64,000 bases of DNA from NCBI GenBank assembly GCA_041492755.1, contig JBGPXN010000001.1, positions 32,001 through 96,000 on the forward strand, given 5' to 3'. The translations under genes were made by a program, and so were the position numbers. Below the pieces are notes generated by a model. It saw only the letters and a program-made list of their open reading frames with translations. It had not been told where the DNA came from and made no database searches. Below are positions 21,648 to 32,562 of this stretch, one piece after another. The DNA is from Candidatus Methylomirabilia bacterium (GTDB lineage: Bacteria > Methylomirabilota > Methylomirabilia > Rokubacteriales > CSP1-6). The stretch's first letter is position 1. Every line of letters starts with the position of its first letter.

Positions 21648-22799
21648 CTAAGAATCCTCGTCGACGCCGCCGCTAGCCCTTCTGAACCGGGGAACTTTCT
21701 CCTCTAACGTTCCCCGTATCTCGCCGGCAACGATCCGAGCGATCTCATCGTTGCCGGCGTCAGTGTGATGGACCAGGTCGTAGTAGAAGTCGGATCGCTT
21801 CGGGAGCTGGCGGGCGAGGTCGACGACGAGGAGGCCGTTTCGGGCACCCGTGTCCTTGAGCGCCTGGTTGTACAACTCGAGGACGGCCCAGGCCGCCTTG
21901 CCATTCCACTGGCCGACCCTGATGCTCTCGAGGTCGACCCCGGTCACGGGGTCGGAGCCGCTGCCGTACAGCGCGGGCTGGGTCACGAAGATCGGGAGGA
22001 TCCCGCTGGCCTGGCACTCGCGGATCAGTCGCTCCAGCCGCCGGACGTAGGGTGGAATCATCCGTGTCTTCACCGCCTCGAGCCGCGCCTGCAGGGCGGC
22101 TTCGGTCACCTCCCGGCTCGGGGCGGAGCGCACGTCGAAGTCGCGGTCGTAGGGCAGCGCCAGCTCGGTCGCCCGCAGCCGGCGCTTGATGGTGATCCCG
22201 GCACTGACGATCTCGCTCTTCAGCGCGTAGCCGAACAGCCGTTGCCGCCACGAGGCCTGGGTCGTGTTGTACAGAAAGTTGTAGGAGTGCTCGAGCGCCT
22301 CGAAATCTCCCTCGCTGTCGACGTCGTTGAGTCCGACCAGGAAGATCGCCACCTTCGGACGCAGCTTCGCCAGGTAGTCGCGAACCAGGACGATGTGCCC
22401 GAGCGTCGAGTGTCCCGCGATGCCGGCGTTGTTCAGCCACACGTTTCGCAGACCGGTGCCGAGACGCTGGTGGAGGCGTGCCGGCCACGTGCGGTCACCG
22501 TCGGAGAAGAATTCCTCGGTTGTGCTGCCACCGATCGCAACCAACGTCAGGAAGCGGTCGAAGTCGGCGGGCGGTTCCGGGCCCCGGAAGCCGAGCGAGT
22601 TGGTGCTGAACGTGGTCGAGCGTTGCAGCTTGTCCGACCGTTCGTGGACGAGCTGGATGCGGTTGTTCGCGTGGAGAATGACCTTGTTGTGCTTCACTGA
22701 GGATGGCAACGGGTTGTAGAGGTGCAGGGCCAATTCGAGCAGCACGACGGCGACGAACACGTTGATGAGAACGATTCCTGCCACGCGAAGCCATCTCAC
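21648..22799 (-). CDS. Membrane-anchored SGNH/GDSL hydrolase-family protein
   Basis: N-terminal hydrophobic segment; GGSTT, NAGIAG, GLND, DLVHH blocks; GTG overlapping the nth stop. Confidence 0.8.
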   Translation of the reverse strand: MRWLRVAGIVLINVFVAVVLLELALHLYNPLPSSVKHNKVILHANNRIQLVHERSDKLQRSTTFSTNSLGFRGPEPPADFDRFLTLVAIGGSTTEEFFSDGDRTWPARLHQRLGTGLRNVWLNNAGIAGHSTLGHIVLVRDYLAKLRPKVAIFLVGLNDVDSEGDFEALEHSYNFLYNTTQASWRQRLFGYALKSEIVSAGITIKRRLRATELALPYDRDFDVRSAPSREVTEAALQARLEAVKTRMIPPYVRRLERLIRECQASGILPIFVTQPALYGSGSDPVTGVDLESIRVGQWNGKAAWAVLELYNQALKDTGARNGLLVVDLARQLPKRSDFYYDLVHHTDAGNDEIARIVAGEIRGTLEEKVPRFRRASGGVDEDS

Positions 22800-23449
22800 G
22801 CGCGGGTCTTGCCGGGCCACGGACACAACGCGCGCACGGGGCACGCCGGACACGCCGGCCGCCGCGCCGTGCACGTGCCCCGGCCGTGCGTGATGAGCAG
22901 GTGGGTCGCCTGCGTGAGCCCGGTGCGGGGCAGGATGGCCACCAACTGGTCGTGGATCTCGTCGGGTTCGTCCGACTTGGCGAGGCCCAGTCGCTGAGAG
23001 ACGCGGAACACGTGCGTGTCGACGGCCACGGCCTGCTGGCCGAACGCGTTGCCCAGTACCACGTTGGCCGTCTTGAGTCCCACCCCCGGCAGCTCCATCA
23101 GCGCCTCGCGCTCGCCCGGGACTTCGCCGCGGTGGCGCTCCACCAGCGCGCGCGCCATGCCGAGGATCGATTTCGTCTTGGACCGGTAGAAGCCGGTGGA
23201 GCGAATCTCCTCCTCGAACGTGCCGGTATCCGCCCGGGCGTAGTCCTGGGCCGTGCGGTACTTGCGGAAGAGGGCCGGCGTCACCATGTTCACGCGCTCG
23301 TCCGTGCATTGCGCGGACAGGATGGTGGCGACGAGCAGCTCGAGCGGCGTGTGGAAGTCCAGCGCGATCCGCGCGTCCGGGTAGGCCTTCGCGAGCCGCG
23401 TGAGGATCGGCCGTGCGCGCCGTTTCTTCGCGTCCGTGGTTTCGCGCAT
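22796..23449 (-). CDS. nth: Endonuclease III
   Basis: LSAQCTD, LPGVGLKTANVV, VDTHV, CTARRPACPACPVRALC. Confidence 0.95.
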   Translation of the reverse strand: MRETTDAKKRRARPILTRLAKAYPDARIALDFHTPLELLVATILSAQCTDERVNMVTPALFRKYRTAQDYARADTGTFEEEIRSTGFYRSKTKSILGMARALVERHRGEVPGEREALMELPGVGLKTANVVLGNAFGQQAVAVDTHVFRVSQRLGLAKSDEPDEIHDQLVAILPRTGLTQATHLLITHGRGTCTARRPACPACPVRALCPWPGKTRA

Positions 23450-23456
23450 TTGCTCG

Positions 23457-25670
23457 TCAGCCCCCTGCCCCGCGGCCCAGACGCACGGCCTCCGGCGTCA
23501 CACTGACCGGCCCGATCCGCACCCGCAACGGCAACCGTTGCGCCATCCGGATCGACGGATCGTACGAGCGCATCGCCCAGTCGACGAGCGGGCCCGGCAA
23601 CGGCACGCCTCCTAGGCTCAGGCGCTCGGCGATCAGCACGAACGGCCGCTCGGACGAGGCGGAAAGACGGATTCGGCCGCTCACGTCGAGACCGGGCTGG
23701 CCGAGGTTCACCGCGAACGCCCCGTCCTCGAGAATGATCCGTCCTCGCCGGAACGCTTTCAAGCCGGCGAGAAACGCTTGAAGGTCCTGCGCCGTCACGG
23801 TGGCGTCGGAAAGCGTCAGGGCCGTGGCCTCGAGGACGTCGAGCCGGTGGTCGACCGATACGCTGACCAGGTTGACGAGCACGTCGTCGAGGACCACGCG
23901 GACGTCGCGGACCCGAAGCCGGGAGCTGTCGGGCCTCGCGAAGTCGCTCAGCGTCGCGGCGGTCGCGCGGATTTCCATGCTCCGGACTCGACCGGCGAGG
24001 ATGTCGCGATCCCAGATCAACCTTACTTGCAATCCTTCGACGTCGCGCGCCACGTCGGGGAGGCGACGGCGAACGGCGTCCTCCAGATCCTTGGCCAGGC
24101 GCTCGGGGGCAACCTCGAGGTGCGTGGGGATGCGCCGGGCCCGGAGCTGCGCGACCGAGCCGTCCGGGAGCGGGAACTCACCGATGACGGGATAGATCGC
24201 GACGAGCGAACGATCGGTCGCGAGACGAGCGTCGATCCGCTTGATCCGCTCGGCGGTCCACGGCGGACCGACGTCCCCCGACTTGACGATCATGTAGCCG
24301 AGGTCGAACGGCTCGTCCCACGCGCGCATGAACCGGAGCGGCAAGCCGTCCCGCACGGCGTAATAGCGGAAGTTCGCCACCGAGAAGAACGCGTGGTTCG
24401 GCACCACGCTGACCATGGGCGCGCCCGCGCGAACTTCCCCCCGCCCACGGGCAGCGTCGGCGTCGCGGACGATGCGGTCCAGGATCTCACGCTGCCGCCA
24501 ATCCGTCGGGTCGGGCGCCGCGTTCATCGCGATGCCGGCGCCGAGCAGCGCACCGCGGGCCGCCGGTACGACGTCGAACGCCGACGCCACGACCTGCACG
24601 AGCGCGAACACCGCCACCAGCACGGCGACGGGGCGGCGCGTCATGGCCGGCAGCGCGGCGAAGCCCAGTCCGGCCAGCACCCCGGCGACCGGCAGCAGCG
24701 GAAGCGTGTAGCGAAGGTTCTTGTTCTGGATCAAGAAGAACAGCACGAGCGGAGCCAGCGCAACGAGCACGAGCGCGTGCCGGCGCCGCACGGCGACGAC
24801 GACACCGACGACGGTCAACACGGCCGCCAGCAGGCCGAACTGCCCCGCAAAGTTCAGCGGGTAGAAGGCGAGAGCCGTGGCCGTGAACGGCTCGGGATGG
24901 CCGGATTCCGCGGCCTGCCGGAACGAGCGGGCACCCACCTGCCCCACCATCGTCAGGAGCCGCAGCCCGTAGAACGGCAGGGCGACCAGAACGGCGAGGA
25001 TCATCGCAAGCCCGGCGTGAGCCAGCGCGCGACGGTTCCGGGCACCGGCGACGACGAGTACGAGCGCCGGCGCCAAATAGACCGCAAACGGCGTTTTGGT
25101 GAGGAGGCCCAGGCCGAGCACGACTCCGCACACGAACGACCATCCACGCCGATTGAAGTGCTCGGTGTTCTGGAGCACCACCAACGCCGTCGCCACCATC
25201 GCGGCCAGTGGCAGGTCGAGCTGAAATCGCAGCATCGTGTGGACGACGAACGGCGCCGCGCCGAACAGCACGGCCGCCACCACGCCGCCGGCGCCCCCGG
25301 CAACGCGGCGCCCGAGCACGTACGTCATCGCCATCCCCAGGGCGAGAAAACCGAGCATCACGATCTGGCCGAAGGCGGCATCGGAGGGCCAGGCGAGATA
25401 GGCGAGGCCGGCGAGGCAGAGCACGAGCTGCGGATAGAAGGAGGATCGGCCTTCGAGCACGTAGCGGACGTTGCCCGCCGTCAGATCGTGCGCGCAGACC
25501 ACCGCCCGCTCGAGATGGTTGGCGTGATCCCACACGGGCGGGGCGCGGTCGAGTCGCAGCCACACCGCCGAGACGCCCGCGAGGACGAGCACGGCAACGG
25601 CAACCATCAGCCAGTCGCCGCGACCGTGCGACGACCGTCGGTCCGGACGGGTGGCGGCGGGCGTCGTCAC
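23457..25670 (-). CDS. GT-C (ArnT/PMT-like) multi-pass glycosyltransferase with C-terminal soluble extension
   Basis: PVWDHANH loop, many TM segments, LGLLTK, NKNLRY; start uncertain. Confidence 0.7.
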   Translation of the reverse strand: MTTPAATRPDRRSSHGRGDWLMVAVAVLVLAGVSAVWLRLDRAPPVWDHANHLERAVVCAHDLTAGNVRYVLEGRSSFYPQLVLCLAGLAYLAWPSDAAFGQIVMLGFLALGMAMTYVLGRRVAGGAGGVVAAVLFGAAPFVVHTMLRFQLDLPLAAMVATALVVLQNTEHFNRRGWSFVCGVVLGLGLLTKTPFAVYLAPALVLVVAGARNRRALAHAGLAMILAVLVALPFYGLRLLTMVGQVGARSFRQAAESGHPEPFTATALAFYPLNFAGQFGLLAAVLTVVGVVVAVRRRHALVLVALAPLVLFFLIQNKNLRYTLPLLPVAGVLAGLGFAALPAMTRRPVAVLVAVFALVQVVASAFDVVPAARGALLGAGIAMNAAPDPTDWRQREILDRIVRDADAARGRGEVRAGAPMVSVVPNHAFFSVANFRYYAVRDGLPLRFMRAWDEPFDLGYMIVKSGDVGPPWTAERIKRIDARLATDRSLVAIYPVIGEFPLPDGSVAQLRARRIPTHLEVAPERLAKDLEDAVRRRLPDVARDVEGLQVRLIWDRDILAGRVRSMEIRATAATLSDFARPDSSRLRVRDVRVVLDDVLVNLVSVSVDHRLDVLEATALTLSDATVTAQDLQAFLAGLKAFRRGRIILEDGAFAVNLGQPGLDVSGRIRLSASSERPFVLIAERLSLGGVPLPGPLVDWAMRSYDPSIRMAQRLPLRVRIGPVSVTPEAVRLGRGAGG

Positions 25671-26386
25671 CGGCGGCCGACAAGCAGGATCGAGACACCC
25701 AACGGCAGCCGCCACCGCGGTACCACGAAACGCTCCAACCCGAACGCCGTCGCGAGCAGCCCGTTGACCATGGCGTGAGGTCGCCGGAGATCGTGCCTCG
25801 TGTCACCACGCAACCGTTTCCAGCACCGGGCCAGCACGATGAGGGGGAACAGCAGCGTATTGAAGTAGCTCACGTGCTCGATGCGGAATCCTGCCTCGGC
25901 CACGAGGGCCCGTAGCGCCCCCGCCGCGTAGCGGCGGCGATGACCGAGCGCAACGTCGTGGCCACTCCAGAGCCACGCGAAAGCGGGGACGGTGACGAGG
26001 ATCACGCCACCGGGCCGCAGCGCCTTCCACGCCGTGTGCAGCGCCTGCTCGTCGTCGTCGAGATGCTCCAGGACGTCGAGCATCAGCACGAGATCGGCCC
26101 AGCCTTCGGGTACGACGAGATCGCGCGGCAGGCTTCCGGCACGCACGTCGAGGCCGGCAGCGCGGGCGGCGCCGATGAGCTCCGGATGCTCCTCCATCCC
26201 GACCGCCTCGCCCAGGGGGGCGAACGCACCGAGCACGTTGCCCGAGCCGCAACCCAGCTCGAGGACTCGCAGGGCCCCGGGGGGGCGGAAGGCGTCGACG
26301 ACTGCGCGCAGTACGGCGAGCCGGCCGAGGAAGTACCAGTGCCGCCGGTCTTCCTCCAGGTGAACGGCGACGTACGCCGGATCCAG
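25667..26386 (-). CDS. Class I SAM-dependent methyltransferase
   Basis: EEDRRHWYF, VLELGCGSG, DVLEH, LRPGG, TVPA; start uncertain (CTG 26386 or ATG 26470). Confidence 0.85.
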   Translation of the reverse strand: MDPAYVAVHLEEDRRHWYFLGRLAVLRAVVDAFRPPGALRVLELGCGSGNVLGAFAPLGEAVGMEEHPELIGAARAAGLDVRAGSLPRDLVVPEGWADLVLMLDVLEHLDDDEQALHTAWKALRPGGVILVTVPAFAWLWSGHDVALGHRRRYAAGALRALVAEAGFRIEHVSYFNTLLFPLIVLARCWKRLRGDTRHDLRRPHAMVNGLLATAFGLERFVVPRWRLPLGVSILLVGRR

Positions 26387-26387
26387 G

Positions 26388-27545
26388 CTAGGGCCCCGGA
26401 CGCCGGCGGCTCGCGAGGAACGCGCCGATACGGCGGAGTCCCTCCTGGATGCGGTCGAGCGACGCGGCATAGGAAAAGCGCAGATAGCCCTCGGCGTTGG
26501 CGCCGAACGCGATGCCGGGCGTGACGGCGACGTGCGCCTCTTCGAGGATCTCGAGCGCCAGGCGCCGGGAATCGGCGGCGTACCCGCGGGCGTTGGCGAG
26601 AACGTAGAAGGCGCCGGTGGGCTCGCTGGCGACGCCGAGCCCGATGGCCCGCAGACCGTCGATCATCGCGCGCCGCCGCCCGGCGAAGACGTCCCGGAAG
26701 CGCCGCGCCTCGTCGCCGGCCTCACGGAGCGCCGCCACGCCTGCCCACTGGACGAACTCGTTCGTCGAGATGAAAAAGTTACCGAAGATCTTCTGCAAGG
26801 CCGGCATGTGGGCCGCGGGCGCGATGAGGTAGCCGAGGCGCCAGCCCGTCATGGCGAACGCCTTGGAGAAACCGTTGAGCACGAAGGCGCGATCGGTGAA
26901 CTCGAGGACGGACCGGTCCCGACCCTCGTAGCTCAGCCCGTGATAGATCTCGTCGGACACCACGACGGGCCCGAGCCCCGCGATCGCGGCCATCCGCTCG
27001 GCCGAGAGCACGGTGCCCGTGGGATTGGCCGGTGAGTTCACGATGACCGCCTTGGTGCGTGGCGTGATCCGGGCCCGGACCGCTTCCGGCCGGAACTGAA
27101 ACCCATCCTCCTCGGTCACGCCCACGTAGGTTGGCACGCCGTCGCTGTAGCGAATGAAATTCGGATAACACGCGTAGTACGGGTCGGACAGGATCACCTC
27201 GTCGCCCGGATCGAGGAGGTGACCGAACAGCAACAGCATCGCGGGCGACGTCCCCGGCGTGACCAGGACGTGCTCCGGCGACACGCGGACCCCGTAGGTA
27301 TCCGCGTAGTGGTCCGCGATGGCCTCGCGGAGCGGGAGGATGCCGAGGCTGTGGGTATACCGGGCGCGCCCGTCCTTCAGCGCCTTCTCGGCCGCCTCGC
27401 GCACCACCGCCGGCGCCTCGAAGTCCGGTTCGCCGAACTCGAGGTGCACGACGTCGACGCCCGCGCGTTCGAGCACCTGTGCCCGCTCGCTCATCTCCAG
27501 GGCGAGGAACGTCTCGATCGCCTCGAGGCGCCGCGCCAGGTTCAC
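26388..27545 (-). CDS. PLP-dependent aminotransferase class I/II
   Basis: GEPDF, NSPANPTG, SDEIY, FSKAFAMTGWRLG. Confidence 0.92.
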   Translation of the reverse strand: MNLARRLEAIETFLALEMSERAQVLERAGVDVVHLEFGEPDFEAPAVVREAAEKALKDGRARYTHSLGILPLREAIADHYADTYGVRVSPEHVLVTPGTSPAMLLLFGHLLDPGDEVILSDPYYACYPNFIRYSDGVPTYVGVTEEDGFQFRPEAVRARITPRTKAVIVNSPANPTGTVLSAERMAAIAGLGPVVVSDEIYHGLSYEGRDRSVLEFTDRAFVLNGFSKAFAMTGWRLGYLIAPAAHMPALQKIFGNFFISTNEFVQWAGVAALREAGDEARRFRDVFAGRRRAMIDGLRAIGLGVASEPTGAFYVLANARGYAADSRRLALEILEEAHVAVTPGIAFGANAEGYLRFSYAASLDRIQEGLRRIGAFLASRRRPGP

Positions 27546-28264
27546 CGCCCGCTCCCCGCCCGCCAGCGCGCGCGCAGGATCTCGCCCAGCATGCGGGGCC
27601 CTGTCCGCACGACCCCGACCTTGCTGCCCGGCTGGTCCGCCCAGTTCACGGCCACCTCGACGACGCGATACCCGGCCGCCTGCGCCAGGAGCAGCAGCTC
27701 GACGTCGAACCCAAAGCCCGTGGTGCGGAGTCGCCCGAAAAGCTGCCGCGCCGCCGGGGCGGTGAACGCCTTGAACCCGCACTGCGAATCAGCGATGCCT
27801 CTGAGCCCCAGGCGCGCGACCGTCCAGTTGAACAGCCGGCCCGCGGCCACCCGGTGTGGCCGGGCGGCGACGGAGACGCTGTGATCGCCCAGCGCCCGCG
27901 AGCCGATGACGACGTCGGCGCCCGCGGCCAGCGCCGGCTCCAGCCGCTTGAGCTCCCCGATCGGCGTGGCCCCGTCGGCATCGGCGAACAACCGGAAGGC
28001 GCCGCGCGCTTCGAGCATCCCGCGGCGCACGGCCGCGCCCTTGCCGGTGTTGTGCGGCTGGCGGAGGGCGCGGACCTCCGGATGCGCCCGCGCCGCGGCT
28101 ACGACGCCGGCCAGGGTCCCGTCGGTGCTTCCGTCGTCCACGACCAGCACCTCCCACGGCGCGCCCCGGCCATCGAAGAAGCTCACCACGTCATCCAGAT
28201 AGCGCGGCAGGCGGGCTGCCTCGTTGTAGGCTGGAATGATCACGGACCAGCAGGGACCGATCAC
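27542..28264 (-). CDS. GT2 polyprenol-phosphate glycosyltransferase (DPG-synthase-like)
   Basis: IIPAYNE, VDDGSTD, GKGAAV, DADG, DSQCGFK. Confidence 0.9.
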   Translation of the reverse strand: MIGPCWSVIIPAYNEAARLPRYLDDVVSFFDGRGAPWEVLVVDDGSTDGTLAGVVAAARAHPEVRALRQPHNTGKGAAVRRGMLEARGAFRLFADADGATPIGELKRLEPALAAGADVVIGSRALGDHSVSVAARPHRVAAGRLFNWTVARLGLRGIADSQCGFKAFTAPAARQLFGRLRTTGFGFDVELLLLAQAAGYRVVEVAVNWADQPGSKVGVVRTGPRMLGEILRARWRAGSGR

Positions 28265-28764
28265 TGGATGCCGCTGAGGGCGGCCTCCGGCCCGATGTTC
28301 CCGAGTCCCAGGACGGCCGTGCCGTCGGTCACCACGGCGACCGTGTTGTGCTTCATGGTCAGCGCGAATGCGCGCTCCCGGTCGTCGCGGATGGCCAGAC
28401 ACACCCGGGCCACCGCAGGCGTGTAGACCATGGACAAGTCGTCGCGGGTTCGAATCGGGACCTTGTTGCGGACCTCGATCTTCCCGCCCAGATGGACCAG
28501 GAACGTTCGGTCGGAGACGTTCACGACCCGGGTCCCGGCCAGTCGCTTGAGCGCGGCGACGATCTGCTGCCCGTGGTCGCTGTCGCGAGCCTCGATCGTC
28601 ATGTCCCGGACCACCCGGGCTCGGAAGGACTCGACCAGGTCCACCGCGCCGATGTCGCCCCCTGCTTCGCCAATGGCCAGCGCCACCCGGCCGAGCATGC
28701 CGGGCGTGTTCCGGATCTCCAGACGGACCGTGATGCTGTAACTGGCGCTCGGCGAGACGGCCAT
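28261..28764 (-). pseudogene. C-terminally truncated ACT-domain malic enzyme (167 aa)
   Basis: ACT-like N-term, HLGGKIEV, DDLSMVYTP, VAVVTDGTAVLGLGNIGPEAAL then stop before the expected VMEGK motif. Confidence 0.8.
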
Positions 28765-29081
28765 CAGCGGGGTGACTCCGAGGGAACTCCTCTGTGGGGG
28801 AATAACGGTTCTGCCCTCGGGGACGTCGACCTTCATGGACCCCCCTTCGGCGGCGTCATCATAGCAGGACAACAATGGTCTGAATAGATGGAGCAGAATA
28901 CCCACTCCGCCTGGTGCGTCATACGGTCACCGTCGTCTTTCTCAACCCTTAGGAAAACTTTCCGGGTCGTGGCGTGGAACTTGAATTCACAGAGGCCTGA
29001 AACGGTGCTCGACTTGCAAACATCCAAAGTGCAGAGACTACGAGTTTTTTTCGCCGGCAGCTCCACACAGACTCCGGGGAC

Positions 29082-30593
<1,512 letters not shown>

Positions 30594-30605
30594 CTCGTCC
30601 GGAGC

Positions 30606-30674
30606 CGGCAGGGGGCCGAGGGGGTGCTTCGCTAACTATTCGCTACGCACCCCCTCGGCCCCCTGCCGTTTTCT
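30606..30674 (+). terminator. Long perfect hairpin with T-tract downstream of the sigma gene
   Basis: 22-bp perfect inverted repeat (30606-30627 / 30647-30668), 19-nt loop, then TTTTCT. Confidence 0.75.
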
Positions 30675-30748
30675 GATCGTTCCGCGTCGACACTCGCACT
30701 TCACACCTCCGCAACGACACTGCACAGCTGCGCACTCCTCTGGTGGCC

Positions 30749-30963
30749 TCATCGGCTGCTGACACTGCCGTCGATGACATCGTCGACCAGGGCCGCACCG
30801 GCGGCGATGTAAGGGTCGATGAGCTTGCGGAAGTCTTCGACCCGGTGGGCGCGTTCCTCCTCTGGGTTCGCGGCGGCGTGCTGCCGGGCGACGGCCTCCG
30901 TGCCGCCCATCGCGCGCGCGCGCGGCGCCGAGCGAGGTCGTCGGCGAGGTCCTTCATGCCCAC
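30749..30963 (-). pseudogene. Acyl-CoA carboxylase beta (carboxyltransferase) relic, internally deleted and frameshifted
   Basis: MKDLADDLARRRARA / MGGTEAVARQHAA joined to ANPEEERAHRVEDFRKLIDPYIAAGAALVDDVID; follows BC and BCCP genes. Confidence 0.75.
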
Positions 30964-30970
30964 GGCGCCG

Positions 30971-31186
30971 CTACTCGAGGACGGCGACCGTCTCCCCCTC
31001 CTGGACCGTCTGACCTTCCTGGACCCTGATCTCCTTCACGGCGCCGGCGCGCGGGGCTTCCACCGGGATCTCCATCTTCATCGACTCCAGCACAATCACC
31101 GGGTCACCAGCCTGGACCTTGTCGCCCGCCTTCGCGGTAATCTGGAACACCACGCCGGTGATGTGGGCCTTGATCTCCTCAGGCAT
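30971..31186 (-). CDS. Stand-alone biotin carboxyl carrier protein
   Basis: LESMKME biotinylation motif, 71 aa. Confidence 0.92.
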   Translation of the reverse strand: MPEEIKAHITGVVFQITAKAGDKVQAGDPVIVLESMKMEIPVEAPRAGAVKEIRVQEGQTVQEGETVAVLE

Positions 31187-31197
31187 GAACGGTCTCC

Positions 31198-32544
31198 TCA
31201 GGCATGAAACGTTCCTTGTTCGACCATCTGGGTATGCACCGCGCCCCGGCGGAAGCTCGCGTGCGCGAGCACCCGGGCCAGGAACGGCACCGTCGTGCGG
31301 ACGCCTTCGATCACACACGCACCGAGCGCCGCCTGCATCCGCTCGATCGCCTGGGACCGCGTGTCGCCGCGGGCAACCAGCTTGAGCAGCAGTGGATCAT
31401 AGTGAACGGAGACGACGCTGCCCGCGACGACACCGGATTCGATCCGGATCCCTTCGCCGCCGGGAAGGTCCAACCGCGTGATCGTGCCCGGTGACGGCAG
31501 AAAGTTTTTCGTCGGGTCTTCCGCGTATACGCGGCACTCGATCGCCGCTCCGTGCTGAACGATCTCCGCCTGGCCCCACGGCAGCGGCTCGCCGGCGGCG
31601 ACGCGGAGCTGCGCGACGACGAGGTCGGTGCCGGTGACCTCCTCGGTCACGGGGTGCTCCACCTGCAGCCGTGTGTTCATTTCGAGGAAGTAGAACGCGC
31701 CCGCTTCGTCCACCAGGAACTCCATGGTACCGGCGTTGACGTAGCCGATCGCGCGCGCCCCGCGCACCGCCGCGTCGGCGAGTCCGGCCTTGGTGGCCGA
31801 GGACAGCACGGGCGCCGGCGACTCCTCGACCAGCTTCTGGTGCCGGCGCTGGATCGAGCACTCGCGCTCGTGCAGGTGCACGACGTTGCCGTGGGCGTCG
31901 CCGAACACCTGCACCTCCACGTGCCGTGGACGGGCCAGATAGCGCTCGACGTAGAGGGCGCCGTTGCCGAACGCAGCTTCCGCGCGGCGGCGAGCCGTCT
32001 CGAAGGCTCGCACCAGCTCGTCCGGGCCCGAGACGCGGGCCATGCCGATACCGCCCCCCCCCGCCGCGGCTTTGAGGAGCACGGGAAAGCCGACCGCCGC
32101 CGCCGCCTGCGCCGCGGCGCCGAGATCCGCCACGGGCCCGGGGCTGCCGCCGAGGACCGGCACGCCAGCCGCCTCCATCACGCGCCGGGCTTCGATCTTG
32201 TCGCCCATCGTGCGAATCGCGTCCGCGGCCGGGCCGATGAAGACCAGTCCGGCCTCGCCGCACGCGGCGGCAAACCGCCAGTTCTCGGAGAGAAAGCCGT
32301 AGCCGGGATGCACGGCCTCGGCCCCGCGGGCGCGCGCCGCAGCGACGATGCGATCGACCGCGAGGTAGCTTTCGCTGGCGCGCGCCGGACCGATCGCCAC
32401 GCTCTCGTCGGCATCCCGGACGTGCGGCGCTGCGGCGTCGGCGTCCGAATACACGGCGACGGTCTTGATCCCGACCGACCGGCACGCGCGCGCGATTCGG
32501 CGCGCGATCTCTCCCCGATTGGCGATCAGGACCTTGCCAAACAT
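31198..32544 (-). CDS. Biotin carboxylase subunit
   Basis: IANRGEIA, HPGYGFLSEN, GGGGIGM, RECSIQRRHQK, EMNTRLQVEHPVTE. Confidence 0.95.
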   Translation of the reverse strand: MFGKVLIANRGEIARRIARACRSVGIKTVAVYSDADAAAPHVRDADESVAIGPARASESYLAVDRIVAAARARGAEAVHPGYGFLSENWRFAAACGEAGLVFIGPAADAIRTMGDKIEARRVMEAAGVPVLGGSPGPVADLGAAAQAAAAVGFPVLLKAAAGGGGIGMARVSGPDELVRAFETARRRAEAAFGNGALYVERYLARPRHVEVQVFGDAHGNVVHLHERECSIQRRHQKLVEESPAPVLSSATKAGLADAAVRGARAIGYVNAGTMEFLVDEAGAFYFLEMNTRLQVEHPVTEEVTGTDLVVAQLRVAAGEPLPWGQAEIVQHGAAIECRVYAEDPTKNFLPSPGTITRLDLPGGEGIRIESGVVAGSVVSVHYDPLLLKLVARGDTRSQAIERMQAALGACVIEGVRTTVPFLARVLAHASFRRGAVHTQMVEQGTFHA

Positions 32545-32562
32545 GGCGTCCCCGAACGGATT

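Noticed and set aside
28261..28263. TGA of the malic-enzyme fragment as a selenocysteine or readthrough codon
   Set aside because: Similarity already ends a few codons before the stop, and the downstream sequence is the GT2 gene.
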